Assembly: GCA_964016885.1 (NCBI GenBank)
Contig: OZ024745.1
Location: 62,434,001-62,498,000 of the forward strand
Source: Eledone cirrhosa
Taxonomy: Eukaryota
Direction of reading: 5' to 3'
DNA length: 64,000 bases
Part shown: positions 13,463-28,058 of the stretch, piece by piece
How positions within the stretch are numbered: the stretch's first letter is position 1
Layout of the letters: each line of letters begins with the position of its first letter
The notes under the pieces: model-generated
What the model saw: the letters and a program-made list of their open reading frames with translations, nothing else
Database searches by the model: none
Told to the model about the DNA's origin: nothing
Program-made: the position numbers and the translations under genes

Positions 13463-13812
<350 letters not shown>

Positions 13813-13818
13813 ATGTAT

Positions 13819-13883
13819 AACTCTACGTGAGCTGTCCATCTACTGTGTGTAATATTTATATTACAACACTACTGAAAATACTG

Positions 13884-13958
<75 letters not shown>

Positions 13959-14190
13959 TATTTTCCGTAGTGTTGTAATATAAATATTACACACAGTAGA
14001 TGGACAGCTCACGTAGAGTTTGCTCGGCGGTTCCAGTTGTAGTTCCAAAAGTAATCCGGAGAAAAATAGAAGGATTTAAATGGATACAGTTTGGTTAAAA
14101 GGAATTTATTGACACGTGTTTCAATAACAGTTACATAACCTGAAAACAGCTGCTATCTACAAAGTATTAGTTATGCAGACATTCAATATT
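13819..14190. repeat. Inverted repeat centred on (TA)n; right arm extends into a pLTR-like sequence
   Basis: 13819-13885 is the reverse complement of 13954-14020; minus-strand GAAACACGTGTCAATAAA near 14105-14122. Confidence 0.75.
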
Positions 14191-14261
14191 TCATATATAT
14201 ATATATATATAAAATAATGTTAAATAAAAAGTCAAATGTTTAAAATTTAGCTTCGTTTACT

Positions 14262-14316
14262 ACTGCTATATATATTTCAGTGACAGCCATTTTTGGCTGT
14301 GACCTCTTCAGGCAGT
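14262..14316 (-). ncRNA. Hammerhead ribozyme (type I, palindromic stem III)
   Basis: Minus strand: actgc CTGAAGA ggtcacagcca-aaaa-tggctgtcact GAAA tatata TA gcagt. Confidence 0.8.
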
Positions 14317-14443
14317 TTGAATTACTGTGGTATAGACAAATACATATGTTGTTGAGGTGTATAATTTTGTCAATACTCTGATATGCCCAGTTCCTGGCTG
14401 GGTTGTTATTTCACTGAGGATCTGGAATCATATATATATATAT

Positions 14444-14498
<55 letters not shown>

Positions 14499-15857
14499 CA
14501 CGCACATATATATATATTTAGTTGGATTTCAACAAGGTTGCCTCGCCTGACATAACATAATTCATATAACCCGTTGAAAACTCACATAAAAAGGTTTCTG
14601 CATATTAAAATGTCTAGGCACAATTTTAGGCCAAATGCCACAAACTAATATCACAATAAATCCCAACATATGTCGCATATATGCGCAATGTACACACTTA
14701 AATGAAAATGCTGTACATGCATTAATCGAACGTATGTTCAGAAGTGCAATATATATTTGCATGAATCCCCTGGCACCGTCAATAATAATACCGATAAGAA
14801 CATTGCTAGAGCTACTGCAATAGTTATTATTGTTGTAATTCTATATAACATAATATTTAAAGTAATATTTTTAAAATGTCTCTTTAATTCTCTACAAATA
14901 TCTTGGGTACATAACGATAATTTCCTGAGTTGTTTCGTGTCAGATTAGTGCGATTACTATTGAATATTTGGTGATTATTACCATTTCAATTCTCAAAATC
15001 AAGTAAATTGATTGTCATAAAATAAATGGTTCTTTCTCGGCTAATGGATGATCCTGCCAATACATAATATGTAAGTGTTAAGATGGGTAGTTATTATAGC
15101 GTAGTTTTAATGAAAACAACTATGTAACAAGCCAGGAAAGAACACCCAATATGACGGGCGTATTGTGTGTTTGACAGATGTGAAGATGGTTGTTATCGTA
15201 ATAAAGACATACTTCCGGGAAATCAGCCTATAAAATGATTTTCTCATTAATAACTACACATATAAATCTATTATTGAACGCGCACACGTTTCCATATGAT
15301 GGAACCAGTGATCCCATCGATGTTCCCAGTTCTTATATACATAGATAGCTGTCATGTAGATAATCGTTTTGCATTGAGTGAGCAAATTATTCTGATTGGA
15401 AATTCAAACAATAAAGTGAATGATATCGTAAGAGATTAAAGCACCAATTGGTCATTTCATTGATAATAGAGTATTTGGAAATGTATATGCAATCTCGAAA
15501 TATATGAATACAATTAGAGAATAGTAATAGATATGAAAACATCATTATTGTACATTTTGAAAATGTGTTGCACAACATGTAAACACATGCTGGGAATTCT
15601 CTTTATGGAATATTATATTGTTCCGAAAGATAAATGAAAGATGTTTTCATAGGAACACTTACATATTATACACACATATATTTTATAGTGTCGAGAACTA
15701 ACTGTCGAAAAGGCAAGAGCTCCGCCATCTGTGCCTAACTGTTTATGCTTAGCCCAATCATCGAGGCTCACTACCCCAATTATCGAGGACTCATTTCAGT
15801 ATTGGTCTAAGAAGTTTTAAACTGGTTCTATCCTGATATATATATATATATATATAT

Positions 15858-16048
15858 AACGAAGGAAATGTGGTAAGGAACCAGATGGACCATAACGCAC
15901 CAAAGTACTCAATGCTTAGGGTAGTAGAGTGGGTAATAGGAACGAGTAGGACCCCGACGGCTGAGCTCAAGCCGTTTCGACGGCTAATTCTGCAGAAGTA
16001 GCCGTCGAAACGGCTTGAGCTCAGCCGTCAGGGTCCTACTCGTTCCTA
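15858..16048 (-). mobile_element. Family A fold-back mini-element copy 2
   Basis: Hairpin ~15937-16048 with the same core as 584-699; (TA)n flanks. Confidence 0.8.
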
Positions 16049-16465
16049 TATATATATATATATATATATATATGAAGTAAGAGAGAGAGAGAGAGCCCCG
16101 AGACTGGTGTGACCAATCATCAAGGGAGTAGTGAATGCACGAGAAGCAGGGCAGTTATAGAGAACATCGCTTGCTCTCTCTTTCTCTCTCTCGCTATATA
16201 TATATTTGTGGTGATTGGGATGGGTGGGGGGTTATGGGCTGATGGATGACCCCTATCCATCCCAATCACCACCTTCCCCTACCACAAGAAAATGTATAAA
16301 TATCGCCATATCACATTGACAGTCGGCTTTCCTGATGGTTTCCTTCGAATGAAACAGTTCTAGTCCTGTAGAAGCTATTTCTATATTGAAAATGTATACT
16401 CTGCTATGTATTGAGTACCTATATTGAGTACACACACGCACAAATACAAACACACACACACATAC

Positions 16466-16502
<37 letters not shown>

Positions 16503-16504
16503 CG

Positions 16505-16536
<32 letters not shown>

Positions 16537-16775
16537 ATTTATGTATATTTACTTTAATCATTACAATTTATTTCGGACTTTGTAACTACTTATATCTTTA
16601 GTTAACAATTTCCTGTTGGCGAATGTTCGTTGCAGGTGTCACGGTAATTTTGTATATATTATGTGCATCTCAATATATCCATTCGTATATACTTTGCAGC
16701 GTTCTTTAAGGAGTGTATATCTTGTACATGTTTACATCGTCGAAAGACCGTAATTGATATGCATTATTCACCACA

Positions 16776-16897
16776 GGGCGGTGAATTGGCAGTATCGATA
16801 GAGGGTTGGACGCCATGCTTACGGGGTCGATAAAATAAAGTACCAGTAATGTACTGGGTAATTGCTGGCCTTGTGCCTAAAGTAGAAACAATTATTA
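16776..16897 (+). mobile_element. SINE with internal deletion
   Basis: GGGCGGTGAATTGGCAG head joined directly to CTTACGGGGTCGATAAAATAAAGTACCAG core. Confidence 0.8.
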
Positions 16898-18629
16898 CTT
16901 TCAATATCATTATACTTTCCCTAATCAACAAACTGACGTTGTTTATGAATTGTAATAGGGTTAGGTTATTCGCGCCAGACATTTACCTTCTGGATTTAAC
17001 AAAATGAAAATAAAACAATAATCATATCATAGATGTGTACGAGAAGGAAAATGTTTGAGAAAGCATTGTTGGAAATGAAAAGAATAATTGGAAATAGAGA
17101 GAGGAAATGAGCTAAAAGGAATCAGTGAGTGTAAGAGAGAGAGGGAGAGAGTGACATGAGAGAGAGCGAACGAGAGAGTGATGGGATAGATAGAGAATAG
17201 ATAGATAGATAGAGAGACAGAGGGTATAAATTAGAATTTACATGAAAATACCATTGCATAGATATTTTATGTAATTATTTATTCACAACGCGTATTTCTA
17301 CAAATTTAAGACCTTGTGTTTGGTGTTGCAAAGGCCCGCTGGACGAGAAGTCCTTGTATATTATATAGTCAATCCTGGTTTATTATCTATTGTGAATATA
17401 TTTTCATAGTTGTGTATAAACAGTAAAATACGAGAGTAATTTTTCCTACTTCAGATCAACTTTTAGATGTATATTATATTAACAGCTAATATCTGTAGAT
17501 CTCATTATAGGATCCAGTTCCTTTCAGCTCGTGTATGATGAAGCATGTAAACAACAATATACCATACTTAAAATCTTCTTGCATTTGGCTTCATAGATAT
17601 TTACAATAATTGACATATAAATCATGATAGGATAACTAACGATATTATCAATAACGTTGGTTTATGATTTTTTAAAATTAAATAATGTAAATGTGTTAAA
17701 TATAATTTATAGTAGAGGACAATTAATCATTCAAATATAAGCCTTGCTGTGGCAAATCATAATTCGTGTTATTACGATACAAGATAAATTAATTTATAAC
17801 AAAGAAATAACAAAATCAACAAACTGCACGAGTCCAAGATATTCTGATTGCAATAATGATGAAGAATACCCAAACATTGCACAGGTACAATTGATTAATC
17901 ATAGGAAAGATTACATGATCCAAAATACACCAAATCCAAAACTCATTTTACAAATAAAAATAATAAAGAGACAGTATATAACTATAAAACCTAACTTAAG
18001 AAATACCTAATTATAGCAAACAATATATATATATCTTCTGACTTTTTATTATTTTTTTTATTAAATAACATAGTTTTAAACAACAATATAATAAGAAGTG
18101 ACAAGGTAAAATATTTCCAGGATCGATTAAGAGATGTGTTAGCCCCGAAGCAACCACGTTTGCTTAAAAAAATCCCAATAAACCTACCGTTCGTCTGATC
18201 AGAATATTTTTCTTTGAATCCACATATACCAAATCATAGCGATATAAATGTCCGACGTAAAATCCACATTTCCACCAGAAAACATATCAATTGTCAACGG
18301 GATAAAATGCTTTGATTATATATATATATGCTTCCCTTCCATAGATTAAATAACATGAACATTTTCTAAAAATATGTAAACTTGAATATTTTATAAACAT
18401 ATGTACCTATATGTTTGCACTCTGATTCCCATTCACTTTCTCTCGCTATCCATCGTTCACCTCCGGAATCTGAATAAATTACCCGTACCACTCCTACATC
18501 TGTCATTATATATATATATATATAATATTATATATACAAAATTATTATATATGATATAAATATATATATATATACGTGGGAAAGGAAAAATCGGAGAATA
18601 GACCGTTAAAACATGTTTATTTAAAATAT

Positions 18630-18669
18630 CACCTACGTACGTTTCGCCCAGTTGGGCTTCTCAAGGGCA
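18630..18669 (-). ncRNA. Hammerhead motif, U3-A8 core variant
   Basis: Minus strand: cc TTGAGAA gccc-aact-gggc GAAA cgtacg TA gg. Confidence 0.6.
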
Positions 18670-18835
18670 TAAATAATCACAAGTGTTCCATATATAGTTC
18701 GGAAAGAGTTTTGGGGGTTAAATCTACATCAAGATTCATATATATATATATATATATTTATATCATACTCTGCTCTGTAAGAGCATAGAGTGCTCAACCG
18801 CCATACCGCCCTTGGAAGCATCTTAGCTACCATCA

Positions 18836-18901
<66 letters not shown>

Positions 18902-18903
<2 letters not shown>

Positions 18904-19763
18904 ATGGAAAAAATGAAATTTCATTTCTCACTCTTAGTACGTGATACTTAAAAGTAAGTATGTATACGTACATACATATATGTATACAGACGTACAATAG
19001 TATGTATATACATACATACATGCACACACATATATGTACGTTTTGGTTTACCGAACATTTATTATAATGTTCGGTTTGTTTTGTAAACAAACAGCCTAAA
19101 TTATTAGCCGTACTATATTCGGCAACCATCGCTGCCCTATTTGTTCAACACTGACAAAAGAACGATGAACTAGTGTCTAGCTTCTTAGCAGTCATCAGCA
19201 CCGTATACCTTCCTGTCAGTTGATTGAACGTATGAAAGTATATACTTTCCTTATGCATATTAACGGCTGAGCAGCCTAATTTGCATATACAGTGAATTAG
19301 TCGGCCGGGCGTACGTCTGTATAAATATATGTACGTATACATAATTACATTTAATTATCAGCCGTACTAAGAGTGAGAAATGAAATTTCATTTTTTCCAT
19401 TTATCGTTTTCGGTACGCTCGGCCGACTAACTCACTCGATATGCAAAAGGAAAGCATATACTTTAATATGCATAAGGAAAGCATATACTTTCAAACGTTC
19501 TATCGACTGACAGGAAGGTAACGGTGCTGATGACAGCTAATAAGCTAGAAACTAGTTCATATTTCCTTTGTCAGTGTTGAACAAATAGGGTAGCGACGGT
19601 TGCCGAATACAGTACGGCTAATAATTCCGGATGTTTGTTGTTTACAAAACAAACCGAGCATTATAATAAATGTTCGGTAAACCCATATGTACATATATGT
19701 ATGTATGTATGTATATACATTCTACTGTACGTCTGTATACATATATGTATGTACGTATACATA

Positions 19764-19770
<7 letters not shown>
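18902..19770. mobile_element. Family B nested-inverted-repeat pLTR element with HHR (+ strand 19522-19562; antisense copy ~19165-19203)
   Basis: ~18955-19300 inverted versus ~19420-19770; 18902-18942 inverted versus 19362-19403; CTGATGA cagct-aata-agcta GAAA ctag TT. Confidence 0.75.
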
Positions 19771-19849
<79 letters not shown>

Positions 19850-19854
<5 letters not shown>

Positions 19855-20812
19855 ATAATATTAATAAATGGAAACTATCTTTATAAAACCATATTGATTT
19901 AATTATATATATTTCAAGGGTACCAACATTTTGGTACGCTCTCATCAGATAAAATACAAAAAAATTGTTTTACAGATAGCGACATATTCAAACTAGAACT
20001 TAATGTTTTGAGTTCTATTTGAACAGTGAATAAGAACTTCAAATCACAAGATGAATATGCTTATGAGGATAACGTTAAAATTGAAAAAAATCGGTCTGGT
20101 TAGACGCTAGGAAAATTAAAATAATTATAAGGATTACTTTATTTTAAGGAAAATGAAATAGAGGTTATTATTAGAGTAGAAGAAAATTTAAGGAAAGATT
20201 TTACGAAAAAATATATTAGACTTAATAACAGCCTATTTATATGAATATACGTATATAATTGTCCGGAACATATTTGTGGGGTGTAGAGAGAATGAAATAA
20301 TTATATTTATTTTAATTATTTTTTATTATTTAATTCATAATATAACGTGTGAATTATAAATAAATGTGTTAATGTGAGAGAATATTAATTTAAAATGTGA
20401 AAGATATATTGTATATGATTGGGTCTATTCCATTGGTGTGTTTTAATAGTATAAAGATAGTATTTATAAGTATATTGTATGAAGATTACAGTTATAAGTA
20501 TATTTTATTTTATATTATTACAAAAGGATAGTTATATATATATAAATAGTTTTGGTGAGTGTATATGTTATTTATTTAATAGATAAATAATATATATATA
20601 TAGATAGATGTGAGAAAAACCACAGACCCTCCATCTCAACTCTACTTTTGAAAAGCAGAAGAACTGCGAAACCGGTAAAGGAACCAAATAAATATATATA
20701 TTTTTAAAAAAATAAGACTCCCGTTGCATTTTCGATTTCAACTTTTTTTCTTTATACTTTCACTCGTGTTATTTTTCATTTTGTAAAAAAAAACATCACT
20801 TTCTAATATATA

Positions 20813-20845
<33 letters not shown>

Positions 20846-23150
20846 GCAAAAGTTCTATTTAAATTGTTGGGATACAACAAGTAAATATTTTTATAACTGA
20901 TATAAAGCACTCGACAGTCTTTTCTCAAGGGGCAAGTTCTATTTGTTCTACAATTACAGTTATTTTGGTTGTTTACTTGCTGGTTAATAGGGTGTGTAGA
21001 TGCATGTTTGTTAGGAAGAATATTAGGATAATGATGATTATTGTTCCTATTGCTATTAATATCCTCAGTGCTATTACTATTGTTATTATTGTTATTAGAA
21101 TTATCCTGTACTAAGTTGTTATGCAGGTTCTCCCTATGTTTATATTTAATCACTTGGAAATACTTATTAATCTTCCTTTTACTACTACTAGCTATATGGT
21201 ACGCGATGTTAGGTGTGGTAGAGTAAGAGATTTTAATAGTATTTTTATTGATAAGATTATGGTATCTATGGCCGACTGGGAAGTTTTTTTCTAAAGTCGA
21301 GAGGAAAGCCTTAAGCAAGTTGGTGGAAACATTTAAATTGAAAGGGGGATTGACAAATTTATTAGTTCTTCTATTTTTGTGATTATTTTATTTTTTCTGT
21401 AAGGTTAGTTGTACTATTGTTTTTATTTATATTATTATTATTATTATTACGATGTTTATTTTGGTGTGAGTTAACTTTGTTGTTACCCTATATACTAGAG
21501 TTAGAGTGGTCAATAATTTTATTACTTTTAATTTTATTCATGGCCATATTGTGTGAAATAATATTATAACTAGAAGATTTTTTCGGTAAAAATTTAATTT
21601 TATCTTTATGGCCTGAGCGAGCTAAAGCTTCATTATAGTATTGGGAATTTCCGTTAAACGTAGTTTCATTATAAGATAGAGTGGTTATTCTATTATATAT
21701 TGCTCTAGTTATCGACTTTAAAATAGATTTAGGGTGGTTAGAGTTGCTATCTACATGAAGTAGTTTTTCATTTGGATTATGAAATTATATTTATATTTTA
21801 GAGTCTAATCAAATGGTAGCATCAAGGAAGTTAACGTTTTTAGTGTTTTTATTTAAGGTAATACTTAAGTTGAAGTTTTTAAATAGTTTATGCAATTGTT
21901 TTCTAGTTCTTTATATATTAATTTTTTTATAATCTATAAGTAGTAGTGCATCGTCGCGGTAGAAGCCACCATTCTTCTGAATTTCATTTAAAAGCTACAA
22001 ACCAACCAAATCTGTAACCTGCTCCGTGTCACTACATCCCATAGTTATGTCAAAGTTGTTAGGTGTATCCTTTCGGGTCCATAATTGATCCTCAAATACA
22101 ATTATGGTTTTACGGGCCGCAAGAATGACATCAACTTGGGATCTAGTAAGGTCACTATTATTCATAGCCATTATTAATGCCTTGTTTAATAGTTTAGGAG
22201 AAATAGAAGTGTAGTCCGAATTAATATCAAATTGGATAACTTTTTTTATTTTTATTCTCATTTATATTATTGAACCATTCGATAACTTCAGCAGTATTTC
22301 CCTATAGGTTAAGATAGATTTTTTGCCTAAATTGGGGGATGATTCTGTCTAATATTTCTTTGCTAATAATTCCAATGTCACATTTGGAAGGGCAAATTAG
22401 TCTTATAGACGGGTTACTATTAAAGTCTTCCTTATGGTCCTTCAGAGAGAATCTTGAGGGGTTAGGGGTGTAAGGTTGTGTATATCTCTTAAGTCCTAAT
22501 TTACAGACTATACTATGGCTTCAATATTTTTATCGTCTAGGTTTTTAATGGTGGTTTTCTTATAGTTCTTATGCAGTTCGTTATATATAAATTTAAGTTA
22601 TATATAAATTTAAGTTATATATAAATTTAAGTTATATATAAATTTAAGTTATATATAAATTTAAGTTTCATAATCCAGGCTATATATATTTTTAGTTTTA
22701 TCAGCATGTACTAGAATTGTCTTATTTCTATTAAATCGTTTACTAGTAGAATTATGGTTAATTAAGAAGGTGTTGTTTCTATTAAAATGTCTTCTGTACC
22801 TAATGTTCTTAACTATATTTATTAAATCATTTTCAAAAGAGTCTAATAAAGTGTTGTGAGGTGGGCTTTTAAAAGTTTTAAAGCCACATGAGTCGAAATT
22901 GGTAGCATCTTTGTTTTTATCAGTCGGTTCCTATCATAATGGAATGTCCTCCATCTCACTCTTTTGATAAATGAATTGACACCATTAATCAACAATTTTT
23001 CATATATATCTTTATATGGTATTGGGATGTTCTTAAAAGACATAGCAAGATGATCTTTGATCAACATACCGGTAATTTTATGTATGTTAGCTCGACAGTA
23101 AGGAGCAGATAATAATAATAATATTATTATTTATACTTATATATAAACTA
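19850..23150 (-). mobile_element. Degenerate near full-length PLE (second lineage, possibly Hydra-type), interrupted near its endonuclease
   Basis: Minus-strand relics: SFKNIPIP..Y..LLI....FIKRVRWR; VIQFDI; FDITMG..D......LVG; GGFYRDDALL (RT catalytic DD ~21945-21970); KISYSTTPN; CNCR....CPL; 3' pLTR HHR 19901-19952 (CTGATGA gagcgtaccaa..ttggtacccttGAAA tatata TA). Confidence 0.85.
20645..20680 (+). ncRNA. Hammerhead motif, U3-A8 variant, in a short TA-flanked insert (~20605-20805)
   Basis: ctt TTGAAAA gcag-aagaa-ctgc GAAA ccgg TA aag. Confidence 0.7.
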
Positions 23151-24773
23151 TATATAATTATAAACAGGAAAGGTCAAATTCTTTTTATTTTTTCCACCTT
23201 ATTACCAGTATGAAAAATAGTTCAATGTAAATACATCATATGCATTACAGAGCAGCAATATAAAGTACAGAACAATCAAATCTATGTTTAATATATTTTA
23301 TTGCTGACAATCGTTTCTTCCAAACAGTTATTTGGAATCATCGGAGCATTGGCAAAGTTTAAACCAGTGATTCTCAACCAGTGTGTTGCGGCGCACATGT
23401 GCGCCGCGAGATCTTCCTACGTGTGCCGCGAATTTTGAACGGCACACTAAGAAAATGCGAAAATTCACGTGATCCCAATTGAGTATTCACAGTCTGTGGT
23501 GTAACATGTTGCACCACATAGCTTTGTTCATTTAGGGATGAGCGAAATGTTTCCAAATGTCACCATGCTAAAAATTCTATATCATTTATTGTTCGTTCCT
23601 CATTAGTATTGATCATATGAATGGATATTGGTCAATACTCGTTTTAAGGGGGGACCCCCCCCCCGCCCGCAAGAAAAAAAAATTATATCATGCATCTTTG
23701 CTGAGATATGACCAAAATGGTTGAAAAATAGCGTAATTTTCAGAGTTCTTTTGAGAAAATCGAAATATGCTATGAAGGTGATTTTTACATTTTTAGAATC
23801 AGAAAACCAGTTATTGTATGGTATCAGAAGCCTTTTTTGATATTTTGGGAAAACAAATGTTATCGTCATTAGTGTGCTGGACAGTAATAAAAATGACAAA
23901 AAAAAAAAACAATCTTGGGAATAAAAGTGACTATAACATGTTTCAAGGCAGGATGAAGCCAATATTATGAAGCCACTATTATAAGGAAGGTCTCCTCAAA
24001 ATTTCAGGCAAATCTATTGAGTAGAATTTCTGGAAAGAGCTTTAAAATTTTGAAAAGTACCCATTATGAGAAAATTGCCTGTAAAGATTAGAAACTTAAA
24101 TGCCAGTTTCTGCCTCTGTTTCGGAACAATCTATGGATGATTCCAAAGATTTAGCTCCGAATTCTCTGGTTCATGCTACTTAATGAGTCCATGTTAGCTT
24201 CTCTTTACATATATTTTGTCTTGCTTCATCTCTATATGGCATAATTTCCTAATTTTCTGGTGTATTATCCCATCGGAAGAGTGAGTTTGGCCGCCATGTT
24301 TCCATTGTGATGGAGGAAGACGTGGTCTCGTGATGTGCTGGACCAATCAGCGGGCGCTATTCGCCGAGTGTAACCGAAAGGAAGTTCGATGTGCATTTGC
24401 TTGTTCAATATGGGTCGATATTCTGGCCTTTTTCACCGGAGAGTTCCAGTATTTCATCATCTTATGCTAATGAGGGTATAGTAGAGGTCTCTAGCTGTCT
24501 ACTGGTGTGTGGAACATAGCAAAACTGGCGGATTTACGATGTGTTGTCAGTGCTCAAACATTTACTATTTTTGTGCGTAATACATCTAAAATTGATGATT
24601 TCGAGCTAGAAATGGTCTCATAAAACATCAAGTTTAGGTAGGAAGACATACTTTTATTATTTTGCTGTGTTTGTACACGAAAGAGAAGGCTTTGTGGGAC
24701 TGAAAGACACTGTCATCTCAATATAGACAATCCTACCCAAAACTGACATATTGATATCTCATGACCCTTCACA

Positions 24774-26361
24774 GTGGATAGATATTTGCAAAGGAAATAT
24801 ATTAGTGACGAGTCTAAGTCCAGCGGCGAACAACGATCAACCTCTATTGTCAAAAAGAGAAACATTAATCGACAATATTGTGAAAATTATTTGAAATTTG
24901 AATTTTATTGGTTTGGTGACGTTGACAAACCAAGTCCACCTAGTGTGCGGTGAAACAATGTCATGAATCCATGGTACTAAGTGAGTTAGAAACACATTTT
25001 AATTCAAAACATTCATCTCTGACAGATAAAAAGCTTGATTACTTTCAAAAACTGTTAGAGCAGAAATCAAAACAGCGAAGTTATTTTGAAAAAAATAATT
25101 GTTTCTACTTTACGCACAAGGCCAGCAATTGCCCAGTGCATTACTGGTACTTTATTTTATCGACCCCGTAAGGATGAAAGGCAAAGTGAACCTCGGCGGG
25201 ATTTGGACTCAGATAGTAAAGGGACGTAACTATGCTGGAAAGCATGGCGTCCGACTCTCTACTGATACTGCCAATCCACCGCCTTTTGAAAAAATAATGA
25301 CGGTGCCTGAACGAGCCCAACTATCGTTAATTCAGGTGGCTGAAATAATAGCATTAAAATCTAAATCCCACACGCTTGCTTTAATTAGTCATCCTCCCAG
25401 CTTTCAAAAAGATGGTAAAATCCATGTTTGGTGAAAAGGCTGAGAAGGAATTGAACAATATCCCGCTTTCAAATGATACAATACGTAGAAGAATCCTAGA
25501 TATATCGAAACATATTGAAGACAATGTTCAGAAAATGCTTAAAAATTCTAATTTTGCTTTAACCGTGGATGAATCCACTGACATCAGTAACAAAAGTCAA
25601 TTGCTTGCATTTGTACGTTTTATTGACGAGAAGGAAATAATCAATCAATTTTTGTGCTATAAATAAATTTCCACAACTACACGAGGTCAATATATTTTTG
25701 ATTTGATAACAAGCTACCTCAGAGAAATGAATTTGTCTTGGAGGTCCTGTGTTGGCATTTGCACCGATGGGGCCCTATGTATGACAGGCTGTATTAAAGA
25801 ATTTGTATCCTTCGTAGAAAAAGAAAATCCAAATCTCATTCGTACTCATTGATTTCTATATAGAGAAGTTCTTGTTTCAAAAATATCGCAGCAAGATTTA
25901 AAGGCTGTGTTACATCAAGTTGATAGAATTGTCAAGTATATAAAAAGTAGGCCATTGAAGTCACGATTATTTGAACAACTGTGCAAAGAGATGGGCTCTC
26001 AGCATGTTAAATTATTAATGCACACTGAGGTTCTCTATTTGAGTTACAGGAAGAAGAAGAATTGGTCACCATTTCTAGTGACCGAGGGTTAAAATTAAAA
26101 TATTCGACTCTGCCCATTGATTCGTTTTGGATTTCAATTCAAGAGGAGTAGCCCATATTATGTAAAAGAGCTTTAGCAATTTTATTACAATTTCCAACTT
26201 CTTATATATGTGAATTAGGCTTCTCAATATTAAAGAACATCAGAAACAAGCAACGTGAGAGATTACGTACAACGGAAGAGGAAATGAGGGTGTGTCTGCC
26301 TCATATTAGACCAACCATTGAGGAAATCATGAATAAAAGCCAGGCACAAATTTTTCACTAA
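24774..26361 (+). pseudogene. Buster/ZBED-like hAT transposase pseudogene
   Basis: DRYLQRK..RQYCENYLKF; IPLSNDTIRRRI; FALTVDESTDISNKSQLLAFVRF; CTDGA; YIKSRPLKSRLF; LLMHTEV; ends QAQIFH*; stops, frameshifts, deletion and SINE insertion. Confidence 0.88.
25100..25283 (-). mobile_element. SINE inserted in the transposase with ~15 bp TSD
   Basis: TTTTGAAAAAA(A)TAAT at 25084-25099 and 25284-25298. Confidence 0.9.
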
Positions 26362-28058
26362 AGAAGCCAGCTATTTGACTGATGAAATTCGAAATACTGC
26401 AATAAAGTGAGTTCATAGCTGTGTTTTTCTTTATTTAGTTTGAGGTCATTCTATGTGTCTACGACTAGTCTGTGTCTACGGATGTATGCCGTCTATGACT
26501 TGACATATTTTTATTTTGTAAAATTAAAATATATTTCATATATATTTAGCCAGGTGTATTTTTTCAGGTGTTCCAAGGTGTGCCGTTGTCAAAAAAAGGT
26601 TGAGAACCACATAAATACATTCCCATTCCACAGAACATTCATAAAGATACGTTGATGCTACTGTTGCTATCAATAGTGTCATATTCAAAGTGAGTGAAGA
26701 TGTTGTGGTCAGCAACAAATGGTATAATAAAGAGTATAAGAGAAGGTTACTCGCAAAGGAGGACATTAGTGGTACATAAGCATATAGGCAGTAAAATACA
26801 GGGGTATTAAGCATATACAGAATAATATGGCAAATAATGGTATTAAGCATATACAGCATAATGCGGCAAAGCTATGACGAAATATGGGTGTAATAGCAGT
26901 TATGAATGCATGGGTAGGATATAAGGTGTAAATTCTGTAATATACATAAACAAACTAGGAATAGACCATATACCCTACAATGGGAAGTAATAGATTGGGC
27001 CACTACTTATAAATCACCGAATAGATTCTGTAACCTCTGTCTTTTGGAGTCTCACACTTTAATCTATTCTAGGATAAACCTTTTAAAGATAAACCTTTTA
27101 AAGAATGTCAGAAATGTTTTCCACGTGTCAACACTATCAACGACATTCTTTCCACAATTTCAAACCTAGCCGCTAATATATAACAATATCAGATCTAGAT
27201 TCCTCACCACCGTTAACACTTTACCTCTAGGTTTTATCAGCACAAAATCTCCCCCACGTCATCACATTTTTGTATCAACTCACTCCTTCATTTATCTCCT
27301 ATTTATCTCAGATCCTATACTCAATAATAACTATAAAGAATAAACATACATTTACCACCACTTAATATAACTATAATATCATCCTTACTAATATTTTATT
27401 CATTTAAATGGGACCTTTAAATGTTATATAAAAAACAGATTATATAAAATACAAATAATTAGAAATAGCATTATACAATCAGTCACTTATAATATAATAC
27501 AATGTATATTAACACATAAAATTAAATTAATAGTATATATAAACAACTAACACTAGATTATATATTTTTCTGTTATATATAAATACATCTTCAATTACTT
27601 CCCTTTTCCCATTAGCTCCCTGTAGTGAAAATCTCCAATCACTTCCATGCATTCATGGCTGCTATTACACCTATATTTCGTCATGTCGTTGCCATATTAT
27701 GATGTATATGCTTAATACCCCTGCATTATTTGCCATATTATTCTGTATATGCTTAATACCCCTGCATTCTTATTGCTTATATGTTTATTATGTACCACTA
27801 ATGTCCTCCTTTGCGAGTAACCTTCTCTTATACTCTTTATTATACCCTTTGTTGCAGACCACATCTTCACTCACTTTGAATATGACACTATTGATAGCAG
27901 CAATAATATCAACATATCTTTATGAATGTTCTGTAGAATAGGTATTTATTTATGCGTTTAAAATTTTGCCAATGCTCCGATGAAACCAAACAAGTGCTTG
28001 GAAGAATCCATTGTTAGCAATAAAATGTATTAAACATAGATTTGATTGTTCTGTACTT

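Larger units (their letters stand above)
23365..26610 (+). mobile_element. hAT (Buster/Charlie-type) DNA transposon
   Basis: TIRs CAGTGATTCTCAACC / GGTTGAGAACCAC (last 2 bp and right TSD missing); left flank GTTTAAAC fits the Buster nnnTAnnn target. Confidence 0.85.

Noticed and set aside
22585-22668. 20 bp tandem repeat TTATATATAAATTTAAGTTA x4
   Set aside because: Local slippage duplication inside a dead PLE ORF
25099-25434. 111 aa ORF inside the transposase
   Set aside because: Chimeric: reads through the inserted SINE
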